Assembly (NCBI RefSeq): GCF_009914755.1
Contig: NC_060940.1
Direction: 5' to 3' (one strand)
Origin: the human T2T-CHM13v2.0 reference genome, Homo sapiens
DNA length: 64,000 nucleotides
Part shown: one piece after another, positions 25,101 through 38,222 of the stretch
How the letters are laid out: each line of letters opens with the position of its first letter
Numbering within the stretch: the first letter of the stretch is position 1
Notes under the pieces: generated by a model
Told to the model about the DNA's origin: nothing
The model's input: the letters and a program-made list of their open reading frames with translations, nothing else
Databases searched by the model: none
Program-made: the position numbers and the translations under genes

Positions 25101-28100
25101 CCTTGGCTGGCTGGGTGGCTTGGCTGGCTTGGCTGGCCTGGGTGGCTGGGTGGCTTGGCTTGCCTGGCTGTCTGGCTGGCTTGGCTGGCTGGCTGGCTTT
25201 GGCTGGGTGGCTTGGCTGGCTTGGCTGGCTGGCAGGCTTGGCTGGCTAGCTGGCTTGGCCGGCTTGGCTGGCGTGGCTGGCTGTGTGGCTTGGCTGGCTT
25301 GGCTGGCTGGCTGGCTTGGCTGGCTGCCTGGCTGGCTTTGCTGTCTTGGCTGACTGGCTGGCTTGACTGCCTGGCTGGCTTTGGCTGGGTGGCTTGGCTG
25401 GCTTGGCTGGCTGGGTGGCTTGGCTGGCTTGGATGGCTTGGCTGGCTTGGCCGGCTGTGCTGGCTTGGCTGGATTGGTTGGCTGGCTGACTGGGTGGCTT
25501 GGCTGGCTGGCTGGCTTGGCTGGCTTGGCTGGCTGGATGGCTTGGCTGGCTTGGCTGGCTGGCTGACTTCACTGGCTTGGCTGGCTGGGTGGCTTGGCTG
25601 GCTTGGCTGGCTTGGCTGGCTTGGCTCGCTGGCTGGCTAGGCTGGCTGGCTTTGGCTGGGAGGCTTGGCTGCCTTGGCTGGCTGGGTGGCTTGGCGGGCT
25701 TGGCTGGCCTTGCTGGCTGGGTGGCTTGGCTGGCCTGGCTCGCTGGCTGGCATGGCTGGCTGGCTGGCTTTGGCTGGGTGGCTTGGCTGGCTTGGCTGGC
25801 TTGGTTGGCTGGCAGGCTTGGCTGGCTGGCTGGCTTGGCTGGCTTGGCTGGCTGGCTGGCTGGCTTGCCTGGCTGTGTGGCTTGGCTGTCTTGGCTGGCT
25901 TGGCTGGCTGGCTGGCTTGTCTGGCTGGCTGGCTGGCTTGGGTGGCTTGGCTGGCTGGCTGGCTTGGCTGGCTGGCTAGGCTGGCTTGGATCGCTGGCTG
26001 GCTTTGGCTGGGAGGCTTGGCTGCCTTGGCTCGCTGGGTGGCTTGGCTGGCTTGGCTGGCCTGGGTGGCTGGGTGGCTTGGCTTGCCTGGCTGTCTGGCT
26101 GGCTTGGCTGGCTGGCTGGCTTTGGCTGGGTGGCTTGGCTGGCTTGGCTGGCTGGGTGGCTTGGCTGGCTTGGATGGCTTGGCTGGCTTGGCCGGCTGTG
26201 CTGGCTTGGCTGGCTTGGCTGGCTGGCTGACTGTGTGGCTTGGCTGGCTGGCTGGCTTGGCTGGCTTGGCTGGCTGGATGGCTTGGCTGGCTAGGTTGGC
26301 TGGCTGGCTTCACTGGCTTGGCTGGCTGGGTGGCTTGGGTGGCTTGGCTGGCTTGGCTCGCTGGCTGGCTAGGCTGGCTGGCTTTGGCTGGGAGGCTTGG
26401 CTGCCTTGGCTGGCTGGGTGGCTTGGCGGGCTTGGCTGGCCTTGCTGGCTGGGTGGCTTGGCTGTCCTGGCTGGCTGGCTGGCATGGCTGGCTGGCTGGC
26501 TTTGGCTGGGTGGCTTTGCTGGCTTGGCTGGCTTGGTTGGCTGGTAGGCTTGGCTGGCTGGCTGGCTTGGCTGGCTTGGTTGGTTGTGTGGCTTGGCTGG
26601 CTTGGCTGGCTGGCTGGCTGGCTGGCTTGGCTGGCTTGGTTGGCTGTGTGGCTTGGCTGGCTTTGCTGGCTGGCTGGCTTGGCTGGCTGCCTGGCTGGAT
26701 TGGCTGGCTTGCCTGGTTGGCTGGCTTGGCTGGATGGCTGGCTTTGGCTGGGTGGCTTGGCTGGCTTGGCTGGCTGTGTGGCTTGGGTGGCTTGGATGGC
26801 TGGCTTGGCTGGCTGTGTGGCTTGGCTGTCTTGGCTGGCTTGTCTGGCCGGCTGGCTTGTCTGGCTGGCTGGCTTGGGTTGCTTGGCTGGCTGGCTGGCT
26901 TGGCTGGGTGGCTTGGCTGGCTGGGCCGCTTGGCTGGCTTGGCTGGCTGGCTGGCTTGGCTGGCTTGGCTGGCTGGCTGGCTTTGACTGGGTGGCTTGGC
27001 TGGCTTGCCTGGCTGGGTTGGTTGGCTGGCTTGGATGGCTTGGCCGGCTGGGTGGCTTGGCTGGCTTGGCTGGATGGATGGCTTGGCTGGCTTGGCTGGC
27101 TGGCTGGCTTTGACTGGGTGGCTTGGCTGGCTTGCCTGGCTGGGTTGGTTGGCCGGCTTGGATGGCTTGGCTGGCTGGGTGGCTTGGCTGGCTTGGCTGG
27201 ATGGATGGCTTGGCTGTCTTGGCTGGCTGGCTGGCTGGGTTGGCTGGCTGTCTGGCTGGATTGGCAGGCTTGGCTGGATGGCTGGCTTGGCTGGCTTGGC
27301 TGGCTATGTGGCTTGGCTGGCTTGGCTGGCTTGGCTGGCTATGTGGCTTGGCTGGCTTGGCTGGCTGGCTGGCTTGGCTGGGTGGCTTGGCCGGCTGGGT
27401 CACTTGGCTGGCTTGGCTGGCTGGCGGGCTTTGGCTGGGTGGCTTGGCTGGCTTGGCTGGCTGGGTGGCTTGGCTGGCTTGGCTGGTTGGCTTGCTGGGT
27501 GGCTTGGCTGGCTTGGCTCGCTGGGTGGCTTGGCTGGCTTGGGTGGCTCTGTGGCTTGGCTGGCTGGGCTGCCTGGGTGGCTTGGCTGGCTTGGCTGGCT
27601 GGCTGGCTGGGTGGCTTGGATGGCTTGGCTCGCTGGGTGGCTTGGCTGGCTTGGGTGGCTCTGTGGCTTGGCTGGCTGGGCTGCCTGGGTGGCTTGGCTG
27701 GCTGGCTGGCTTCGCTGGCTGGGTGGCTGGCTGGTTTGTCTGGCTGGGTGGCTTGGCTGGCTTGGCCGGCTGCGTGGCTTGGGTGGCTTGGGTGGCTTGG
27801 ATGGCTTGGCTGGCTTGGCTGGCTATGTGGCTTGGCTGGCTTGGCGGCTTGGGTGGCTTGGCTCGCTTTGGTGGCTTTGCTGGCTGGCTTGGCTGGCTTG
27901 GCTGGCTTGCCTGGCTGGCTGGCTTGGCTGGCTTGGCCGGCTTGGCTGCCTGGCTGGTTTGGCTGGCTTGCTTGGCTGCCTGGCTGGCTGGCTTGGCTGA
28001 CTGTGTGGCTTGGCTGACTGTGTGGCTTGGCTGTCTTGGCTGTCTTGGCTGGCTGGCTGGCTTGTCTGGCTGGCTGGCTGTCTTGGCTGGCTTGGCTGGG

Positions 28101-28754
28101 TGGCTTGGCTGGCTGGGTCGCTTGGCTGGCTTGGCTGGCTGGCTGGCTTGGCTGGCTTGGCTGGCTGGCTGGCTTTGACTGGGTGGCTTGGCTGGCTTGC
28201 CTGGCTGGGTTGGTTGGCTGGCTTGGATGGCTTGGCCGGCTGGGTGGCTTGGCTGGCTTGGCTGGCTGGGCCGGCCTAGCTGGCTTGGCTGGCTGGCTGG
28301 CTTGTTTGTCTTGGCTTGGCTTGGCGTGTGCGGCAGCCGAGGCTGGGGCTGTGACTTCTACAGAGGTTGGTGCGACGGGGGGCATCCCTGCCCTCCCAGG
28401 GTCTGCCTGTGGGTCATGGGGAACATGGTTCGAGGCCCCTCCTGTAGCCACACAGCAGTGTGTTGCTGCGTGAGTGGTCTTGTCTGCAGGCTTTAGACTC
28501 AGCCGGGTCGTTTGTGCCACGTGGGGTCTGCGCCGCCCCAGGGGCCGCATCTCTTTCAGCCACAGGATGTGCATCTTAGGGTTGCAGCAGATGGGGCTCC
28601 TGTGCCATGTGGGGTCCAACCCCTTGGCCTGAGCAAGGCGGCCAGTGGGCATTGTGCTGGTGACGACCTCCGGCCTCTGTTCCTTCCCTGGCTCTGAGTC
28701 ATAAAGGCCTCCCAGTCCCACCTGGGAGCCGTGTCTCCTCTAGGAACTGCTGGG

Positions 28755-29400
28755 CATGGCTGGGTCCGGTCTGCCTCATTCCTGCATCTGATGCCCAGCA
28801 GTTCTTCCCCAACTCCCCCATTCTCTATCTCCCCCTTCTCCTCCATCTCCTCCATCTCCCCCGTCCCCTCCGTCTTGCCCATCTCCATTTCCTCCAACTC
28901 CCCCTTCTCCATGTCATGGCTGTCTAGGCTCCATCCCTCCGCAGGCTCGGTCCCCCCTTGTTCTGGGCAGGGCTCTGGGTGCCGGTCTGGTGCCAGTGCT
29001 GGGAGCCTGTGGTGCCCGTCACCCCTGCTCCACCTTGAGGAGCTGTGTCCTGTCCCACGAGGAGGTGCCCCGGGACCTCAGGGCTGCAAGCCATGGCTGG
29101 GTCCGGCTCTGCCTCATTCCTGTATCTGATGCCCCCCAGTTCTCCCCCATTTCCCCCTTCTCCATCTCCTCTGTGTCTCCCGTCTCATGGCTGTCCAAGC
29201 CCCATCCTCCACCCAGGCTGGGTCCCCTCATTCTGGGAAGCCCATCTTGCCATGCCCATCCCTGCCGCCCCTCAGGACAGCGCTCTGGATGCCGGTCTGG
29301 TGCCAGTGCTGGGAGCCTGTGGTGCCCGTCACCCCTGCTGCACCTTGAGGAGCTGTGTCCTGTCCCACAAGGAGGTGCCCGGGGACCTCAGGGCCATGGC
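28755..29400. repeat. Imperfect direct tandem duplication, unit ~310-340 bp, 2 copies
   Basis: catggctgggtccgg..tctgcctcattcctg.atctgatgccc occurs at ~28755 and ~29093. gccggtctggtgccagtgctgggagcctgtggtgcccgtcacccctgct...ggacctcagggc occurs at ~28981 and ~29291. Confidence 0.85.
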
Positions 29401-29487
29401 TGGCATCGTTGCTGTGGAGTGGCTGTCACCTTTCATGGTCATCCTGCAACAGAGCTCCTGCTGCTTCTGGGTGAACCTGGGGCTGCC

Positions 29488-29555
29488 CCCGTGAACACTC
29501 TTGGGTCTGACATGAAGGGACCCGTGAACACTCTTGGGTCTGACATGAAGGGACC
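29488..29555. repeat. Perfect 33-bp tandem duplication
   Basis: cccgtgaacactcttgggtctgacatgaaggga occurs twice in tandem (29488-29520 and 29521-29553). Confidence 0.95.
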
Positions 29556-31643
29556 ATGTGAGGGAGGGGTGGGGTGGGCTGGGTCCCTGCATGGGGATCG
29601 CCAAGGGGTGATGGCCACGAAATGCCGGGGACCCAAGGTTGTCATTCACAGAGGGTGAGGTGGGGATGCCAGAGGCGCCTCTGCCTGGAACACCCTGGCT
29701 TCTGTCCTAGCAGGATGCTGGACGCTGGCCACGGTGAGGGTGATGCAGGTGCTTTTCTTGTGGGGTCCCTGGCCCACCTCACACGTGAGCTCTCAGGGAA
29801 ATGGACCCCCAGAACACGTGGAGGGCAGGACCGCTGGGCTCTGGGTCTCCCCGCAGTGCTGCCGTCCACGAGGACCCCCCACTTCTCCAGCAAAGGTGTG
29901 GGTGTGCATGCCCGGCCCTGGCACAGCCCAGAGCATCTGGGGCCGTGGCTGGGGAAGGACGGGGTGCTTGGGGAATGCAGTGGGTATGGGGATGTCGGAG
30001 GACACTCGGGTTGTGCAGGAGCCTCACCAGGGATGTGGGTGGGGGACGCTGTCTTTCGTTTCACAGCCCCAGGGAGGCTTCTGATGTCTCAGCCTTGAAC
30101 CCTAATTGGGGGGCTCCTAGTGTCAGTGTGGGAAGCTGAGGGTCCCAGTCAGAGGTGAACCCCTCACTTCTGGCCCCTCACTCCCATGACCATGGGCTCC
30201 AGCTCATAGGTGTGTGTGAGGGGTGTCCTGAGGTGGTGTGGGGCAGACATGCTCTCCCAGATGGGCTCCCCGGAGCTTGGGGCAGGGTGGGGCCTGCAGG
30301 CTGTGGCTCCCAGTGTCACTTCCCTGCAGCAGCCACAGTCAGACTCTCCGGCCCTGCACCTGTCCTGTTGTTGGGGACCCTGACCCTTCGCAGACCCAGG
30401 TGGGGGCATCCGGGAATTCAGGGGAGCACCTGGTGACAGAGGACACCTTGGGGGCAGCAGCCATTTCCCTGGGAGGTGCGGCCAGTCTACCCACTGCCTG
30501 GAGCCCGCACCGTCTCTCCTCAGGGGTCATGGGACCACCCTGTGCATCCACCTCCTTCACAGCCACAGCTGCCAGTAGATTAACGGGGCGTGTGTGCTGC
30601 TCTTGGGGTGGTCCCGGCCCGGCCCGGCCCTGCCCTCCCCACCAAGTGCCCAGGGCCGCCCTGCCCGCCTGTGCCCTGCCCTGTAGATGCTGCCACCTCC
30701 CTTTCCTGGGGGAGCATTTTGTCTTGTGTGAGGACGGGGTCATTCCCATGGTCACCACCTGTGACCCTCCCCTGCCTGCAGAGGGAACAGAGCTGGGCCT
30801 GGGCTTATCCATGTCGGGTGCCCCTGGGGGACCTGGGGGCTCGTGGCCTCCCCTGCACACAGGGCTCCTCCTGGCGGGGCCTCCGAACACCCTCATTTAG
30901 GTGTCGCTGCACGTGGCTCCCAGGTGTGGACGTCCCCACTCTGGCGAGGGCTCCTTCCTTCTGGGGTCGTTTGTGGAATGTGGCCTGGGTCCATGGCTCT
31001 GGGAGGGAACAGCCCAAGGGTGGGGACCCCTGGCTGGGGAGGAGGCCCCGCAGAGAGGCCCAGACTGTATCCCGATGCATCTGGCGTGGCCGCGGTCCCC
31101 CTCCAGCGCCGACGTTTGTAAATTCTGAAAGGAGCCATGCTGTGGCTGAGGGAGCCAAGCCCGTGACTGAAAAATCCTCCAAACATTCATTCAAAAATAC
31201 AAGTGTGATCGCCAGAAACGCTTTTGTACATTTACACAAAACATTCATACAGGCCATGGCGGAGGCTCCTGTCTAGGACTGGCAAGGCGCCCGGGAGCCG
31301 CCGGTCACCCTTGTGCCTACACAGACCCTTTCCAGAAAGATGCAGGCCCTGGAACTGAGGCCGGGTCAAGTCGGGAATGGCAAGTGCCAGAGGGTGTCAG
31401 TGTGGGAACCTGTCCTGTTCACGAGCGGCCCTACATGTCCCCCGGGCACAGAGCTCTAGGCAGGTCCAGCCACGAACCCACAGCGGCAATCAACACGCTT
31501 CTGTGAATAAATAAAAATTTATCATTCCATGCAAACACACTCATTTTCCACAAAAGACAACAGTTTTTACACAAGCGGCGGTGTCCCAGTGGTGGCCGTG
31601 GCACGTGTGGAGCGGCCCCGCAGCGGCGTTCTCATGGGTGGCG

Positions 31644-31794
31644 TCACAGTGGCTCCAGGTCCTCATCCCCGCATGCATACTCGTACAGGTCCACGGCGCC
31701 CAGGGGTGAGGGCACCTCGAAGAAGGGCCTCTGGGCCAGCGGGGACTGCAGCGCACTCAGCTTCTGCTCCACAGGTCTGAGCTCGGCCTCGAAC
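31644..31794 (-). pseudogene. PPP2R3B: Duplicated terminal coding exon of PP2A regulatory subunit B'' beta (unprocessed gene fragment)
   Basis: The minus strand reads ttgcag|G TTC GAG..., encoding FEAELRPVEQKLSALQSPLAQRPFFEVPSPLGAVDLYEYACGDEDLEPL*. This matches the PPP2R3B C-terminus as I recall it (FEAELSPVEQKLSALRSPLAQRPFFEAPSPLGAVDLYEYACGDEDLEPL). The acceptor AG at 31796-31795 is intact. No upstream exon is recognisable before the composition break at ~32710. Confidence 0.85.
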
Positions 31795-32715
31795 CTGCAA
31801 CGAGGGGATGGTGAAGACGTGGACAGCGGCGTGGAGCAGGCCCTGGGCCCTGTTTTCCGAGAAATGCAGGCTGCTCCGCAGCCAACCTCCAGCACGAGAA
31901 AGTCCCCTGAGCCGACCTTGAGCTCCAGCCGCTGACCCCGCAACAGGCTCCTGGCTGAGAAAGCCGGCTCCACCAACGCTCCCGGGGGAGGGGCCAGCGG
32001 TGCAGGTGAAAACCCACCCAGGACGGGACGGAGCCCCAGGCATGAGGTGCACAGAGAGGAACCGGGCGGGCTCATCTTTTCCCCAAAGCGACACGACGGT
32101 GACTCTCAGAGGGCAGCCTCTGAGCTGCAAGGGGCCTGTGTTTACACAACTGGGTCATGGTGTCTACACAGGATTGGAGAACAAACGGGACCACAGTTTG
32201 GACAAATTCTCCCAAAGCACAGAAGCTCCTAGTGGAGGCCACCACTTCCATTCTGACCAGAACACACAGCAGTGCGAGGACTGGACGCGCACCTTCCGTT
32301 AAGGTCTCGGCAGTGACATCGGGCGCTACTCCGGGGAAACCAGCGCGGCCACCGACAACACAGTCTCATAGAGATCCTGCAGGGACACCTCTGCTTTCCA
32401 AGATGCCCCCCACAGCCTGGCACTGAGCTCCCACTGCCGGAGCAGGCATGGACACGGTGAAGGCAGTCAACCCCAGTGTGGTGCTGGCCACTGGTCAGGT
32501 GTGGAGCAGAGGTGACAGACGGTGGTGGGGACAGGTGCATACCCATCCAGGCTATGTCTGGGGGACACAGCTGCCTCAGGGTGTCTGGCAGGAGAAGGCA
32601 GACTGGGAAGTTCTGGGGGAGTGGGGACCCAGAGGTGGGCTGCCAGGTCAGAGCCACTGTGCAAATAACTGATCACAAGGAGGACAGACACACAGGACAG
32701 ATGGCCCAGGGTAAG

Positions 32716-32791
32716 AAATTTCCTCAGGAAAGGCTCTGGTAGAGGAATCACAGTTAGATGAACCAAAGCTTCAAATTCTACATTTTCATAC

Positions 32792-32824
<33 letters not shown>

Positions 32825-33098
32825 TATACACAACTTTAGCAATAAAAAACAAGTAGACTTTAATACTCGTATACTTTATAATTCATTTTGGAACTGCCTC
32901 ATTCTCCCTTTAGCTGGTCACTGTGCACCTCGTGTTCTCAGTCTCTCCACCAAAAAAAAAATTTCCTCAGGAAAGGCTCTGAGAGAGGAATCGTAGTTAG
33001 ATGAACTAAAGCTTCAAATTCTACATATATATATATATATATTTAGCAGTAAAAACAAGTAGACTTTAATACTCTTATACTTTATAATTCATTTAGGA
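32716..33098. repeat. Imperfect direct duplication (~175 and ~140 bp) with an embedded (TA)n, at the duplicon junction
   Basis: aaatttcctcaggaaaggctctg...gttagatgaac.aaagcttcaaattctaca..(TA)n..caagtagactttaatactc.tatactttataattcattt occurs at 32716-32892 and 32959-33098, with a ~66-bp spacer. Confidence 0.9.
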
Positions 33099-36091
33099 AA
33101 AGAAGGAACACCTTTGCAGCTACTCCTGCTAAGTTACCAAGAGTTTTTTCAATACTAATCTTCACAATTCATATTCAAATACTAAGAATCCCTAATCCCT
33201 TTTAAAATACATTTGTATTTCCAATAATTTGATATAGGCTCTCAAAAAGTCATTACATTTTGAGGGTAAAATCGAAACAACCTAAACATTAATGCCAAGT
33301 AATGAATATAATAGTTCACACATATTAAACAGTTAATTCATATGTGTAATACATTGTTACATATATACTTATACACAAAAACAAACATGTATGTGTATAA
33401 AATCTCAACAAATCCGATAAGAATTATTAGAACTAGTAATTAGACACTGTTGTTCTACTTCTGTAACCCATGATCTTAAACCATTATAGAATAAACCTTA
33501 AAAGCAATCATTATTTTCAAAGACAATTTTGAAACTTGCCTTGTGCGAGTTAGTAAATAACTGTGCTCCTTGGTTTCCTCATCTGTTACATGGGTAGAAC
33601 CTACACTGTTACATAAAGATTAGAGCAGTTAATAGATAGAATATTTTAGTATTTATAGATCTAGAATATAAAAAGGAATTAATAAGTTTTAAGGAGAAAA
33701 AATAAGGGAAAAATAGTCTCATTTTCAAGCCTACTAAACATAAAATGTTTCTTACATTTAATTTATACATGCAGGGTAGGTCACTATACTAAAAATAAAG
33801 CACATTTAATTTGAAATTTTAGAAAGGGTAGATTGTTCTTATTTAGAGAATTGCAATACATTTTAATTTGTGAGCAGGAGGTCATGGTGTTATTTAGAAA
33901 CAGTGACAAGAAACTTTTTTTGGCTATTATAAATGGAAATGGAAAAAAAGAAAGAAAAGCCAAGAGTAGTCATTTGACTCCAAGAAGTAGTTTTTAAAAA
34001 CTATTTCATTTGATTATCAGCTTCAGTTTCAAACGTTATATATCTGATAAACAAAACACAAAGGAAAAGCTTGATAATTAACAAAAAACTCTATAGTATT
34101 TCCTTTTTTTCATCTTTTTCCAGGTCAGACTCTTGCAAGCACTGGGAAATTAGTGTTTATTTAAGATTTAATGACAATGTTAATGCCACTGTCAATCTGT
34201 ATTCTTTATCTAGAAAGGCAAATCTGATTTACATTAACCTGAACACCTTAATAACTAATTAAAATCAGCCTTCTGGCTAAGTTCTTAGACATTTATTCTG
34301 TTTAACTCAGCAACAAAATATTATTAGTCACTTTCTTTTGAGAAAGGTGAGTCTAATTTATTGGTACTATTAGGGCATTTTATAATCTGCAACCTAATTA
34401 GCCTTAACAAAGTATTTTGTACTCAGCATGACTCAAATATTTTACTGAACTTACTGAAAAAGAATGCTGCCATTGCATTTCCACTCTAATATACTGCAGT
34501 GATTTTGTGTTTGCACATATTTGTCCATGTCATATGTTTGCTTGAAAGAATGTAAAACAAAGAATGCATATAGATTATTAAAGAAATCCTCCCAAATTTG
34601 TTCACATATATTAGATCCTAAAACTAAATAGGTGCTTTTTTCTGAATTGAAATAGATTAACAGAACATATTAACTGAAATAACTGTCCTATTATTTATAA
34701 TTCTTACCAGACACATGCAATTGAGCCTATGACTGAGGATGAAGACTCTATAAAGGACATCGCTCAAGTATACAATATGATTTTCTTTAATTTTGATCTG
34801 AAAGACTTGTTAATAGAAAGACTGAAGTTCTGTCAAACAAATTGATTACATTTCTACTGGATTTCGGAAATACGTAGCATCTGTGATAAATTAAAGTACT
34901 TAATCATCACTTATTGTCTTTAGTGTACAATTTATTATATCTCTATTTTTATACCCCTCAAAGTATTTGCAAAATTAATAGAACTTTCTTAAGAATACAG
35001 TGACTGTCCTCAAAATCCACTTAAAATTGGTAGCCTCAAATTTATATTTCATCTACTCTTCCAAAATAATTATTGTATTGTTGGTTTTAAATCTAACATC
35101 TCACTATTTTCTATTTTATCATATGCTTTTCTGATGCATTTTTTTTTCTGCTTTATGTTGATTTTTATGATCTTTTTTTTCTTTATTAGGTTTTAGGTGT
35201 AACTCTTTTTATTTTTGTAGTTACTTCATAGTTCATAATATGCAGCTTTAACTTATCACAGTCTACCTTCAAATGATATTACATCACTCAGACTGATTTG
35301 TGAGTACAGAGAGACTGGGCAGGGACATATATGATGAATCAGAAGCACCTGACTCTTTTAAAAGGCTCACTAATCTTAGTAAAATAAACCCATACAGAAA
35401 ATTCTTTTATTTTAAGGTGAGTAAACATGCACACACATGGCCCTTCAAGGTCATTCTGTCAGTCAGCCTTAATCCAACCCATGAGATACCAATTTGCTAG
35501 TTTATGATCATTGCCATAGAACAGTTTTTTTTATTTTAAATTCTAAGTTTAAACTGAAGATTCAATGGAGGTGGAACTAGTTTTCTTTTTGAGCAAGAAA
35601 ATAACTCAATTAAATGTACTATGTCTCAAAATATGCAGTATACACACCATCATGAAAACGAGACAAGAGTAAATAAATTATGACATCTAGAAAATTAGGT
35701 AAGACACTGTTCAATAATGAGGCAAAATAGGATGTGGATGTCACCTACGCTATCAAATAGAAATGTGGGGTTTCATCGAATAAATCTGAGGTTGAGTGTA
35801 TAGAACATTATTTCAAATATGTCTTGATTTGTATTTAAACTTATATCCTATAAAATCATGCAGAATATGAGGAGTCATTATCTAATTTTAAGTAGGAAAA
35901 ATATGAATCAGTACTAATAATAAAAACTAATAATTTACTCAATGCCAGGCAATGTTTCTAGTGTTTTACATTTTCAGAAAACAATTATAACTGTGAAGAA
36001 AACAATTCTTCACTTTTCAAGAAAGAAAACCAAAGTAATGAGAAACTAAGTAAGTGGCCCACCCAAGGTCGTATAGTTAAGAAATGACTAA

Positions 36092-36420
<329 letters not shown>

Positions 36421-38222
36421 AGACCTTAACATGTTTTTAAGTAAAATGTATTATTTTTCATGTATAATGTTTGCTCTGTCTCTCATATATACATAAAAAT
36501 ATAATCATGAAGAGAATTATAATAGCCAACTTTATATTTCAGAGATATTGGCTTGGCATTGCTTTCAGCAGGTATTTTGACATTAGCCTCTGGAGTGGAG
36601 TTGGGGACAGGTTGATTTCAATGTTTCAAAAATATATGAGAACTGTGAACCTATGTTAGTGGATTGCCTATTCGTGACTTCTAGTTGAACACTATCAAAA
36701 TTGACAACTAAAAAAAAAATGAAATGAGAGAAAATGTTTATAGCACTTAAGAGGATAAATTAGTTTCTTTATGTCTAGATTTTATATTAAATAAAGAGCT
36801 TTCAGGAAAAGTAAATGACAGTTAATGATTTTGATTATAATCAGTCAGATTTTTTCCATATTTGAGCAAAAATTGTAATTGACTTATCCACTGCTTTCAG
36901 TGTAGATTAGCTGAATCATCTAACTTATGTCATCTCTTATAAAAATATTGATTGAGATGAAAAATGAATAAATGATTTATCTTAAAACAGTTCTATGTTG
37001 ATAATATAAAAAATACTGACAGTTTCATCTAAAATATGTTTGGATAAGCTACATTATATATGATTCAGATTCATATCTTATGTATAATTTTTATATGATA
37101 TTTGATTTGGTTCATACACAAAGGAACAAATGTTTCTATGTAAGAAAGTTATTTTGCTTATTACAGAATTTAAAACTAAAATGATTCTTCCACGATGGCC
37201 ATTTAACAATTTAAATTTAGGAAACATCTGGCATGTTCAACTGAGTATTTACTTTGCATAATTGTGTTCCATATCTTAATGCATTCCCTTTAGCAGTTTC
37301 TTTCAGCAAGCAACACATGTAAACTTGTTTCTCGCTAAATATTTTTTATTTAGCAAAGTTTTAGACCTAGAGATTTAAAGAAAAATTGCAAAGATGTTAC
37401 AAAGATGAACTCTTGAACCGAATCTTTTATTTTTAAGCATGCAAAATGGTGTGGTTTTTTAAAACCCTGAAGACATAAATGTACAACTGAGAACCCAAAG
37501 AAAATTGGACTGTTTTGTTTTGTGATTTGATGTCTGAAAAATAAAATCCTTTAGTTTCCTTTCATTTTTCCTGAGAGAATATAAACTGTGTTGTGATGTC
37601 AAACTCATTCTGAGTTTAGATGCCCCATGGGCAAATCGTTTCATCTAATTAAAACAAAATGAAGACAAATCTCTTACACATAAATCTTTGATGGTGGGAA
37701 ATGTAGCTTCATGTTTTTAAAGCCTTCACAGAAGACAAAGTACCTCTCAATCTTGTAACTCTACTTTTTATAGCTACCTAATTATTAAGGCATATTTGAT
37801 ATACTGTAATCAATTTATATTTGTGTTTTGTTTAATAATTGGGATCCTTTGGACTGTTTGCTGCAAATATCCTATATTTAAAAAAAAAACTTTGTCTAAA
37901 TATATCATGTAGAAAAATATTTATACCTAAAAATATAAACTCCATTAACAAAAATTGTTCAGCAAAACTCTATTAATTCAATACACTGTATGGTTAATTT
38001 TTGTAGCCAATTTTTCCTTTTCTTCTCTCTAATGATGTGATGTTCTTCAATGTCTTCTGAAAACTTGAGCATAGGAAGTTGGAAGTGTATAAAGCAAAAC
38101 AAATAGTAAGGAGATAATTTAGAATGCTAATTTTTGAAGGGGAAATATAAATTTTACAACTCTTAGATTGCATTTTAAATTTATATTATCTGTATTTAAG
38201 TATTTAAGTTGATTTTCACCAG

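Larger units (their letters stand above)
1..28325. repeat. GGCT/GGCTT ((CAGC)n-type) GC-rich satellite array, open at the window start
   Basis: Continuous mosaic of GGCT, GGCTT, GGCTTT and GGCTGGGT words, with GGCTGGCTT dominant and almost no A on the + strand. It ends abruptly at ...ttggcttggcttggc|gtgtgcggcagcc (~28325). Confidence 0.97.

Noticed and set aside
1-28325. CRISPR-like or telomeric array
   Set aside because: There is no constant repeat with unique spacers and no TTAGGG units, and the context is primate DNA.
1-28325. Chi-like (GCTGGGTGG) or PRDM9-type recombination motif
   Set aside because: The word differs from Chi (GCTGGTGG), Chi is a bacterial RecBCD signal, and the A required by the reverse PRDM9 13-mer is almost absent.
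1-28500. Very long ORFs (up to 890 aa; W/L/A/G-rich on +, P/A/S/Q/K-rich on -)
   Set aside because: The + strand has almost no A and the - strand almost no T, so stops are rare in all frames. The ORFs overlap, most lack true ATG starts, and they are translations of the satellite.
31644-32075. 143-aa ORF as an intact gene
   Set aside because: Only the last ~50 codons match PPP2R3B. The rest is intron read-through upstream of the acceptor at 31795.
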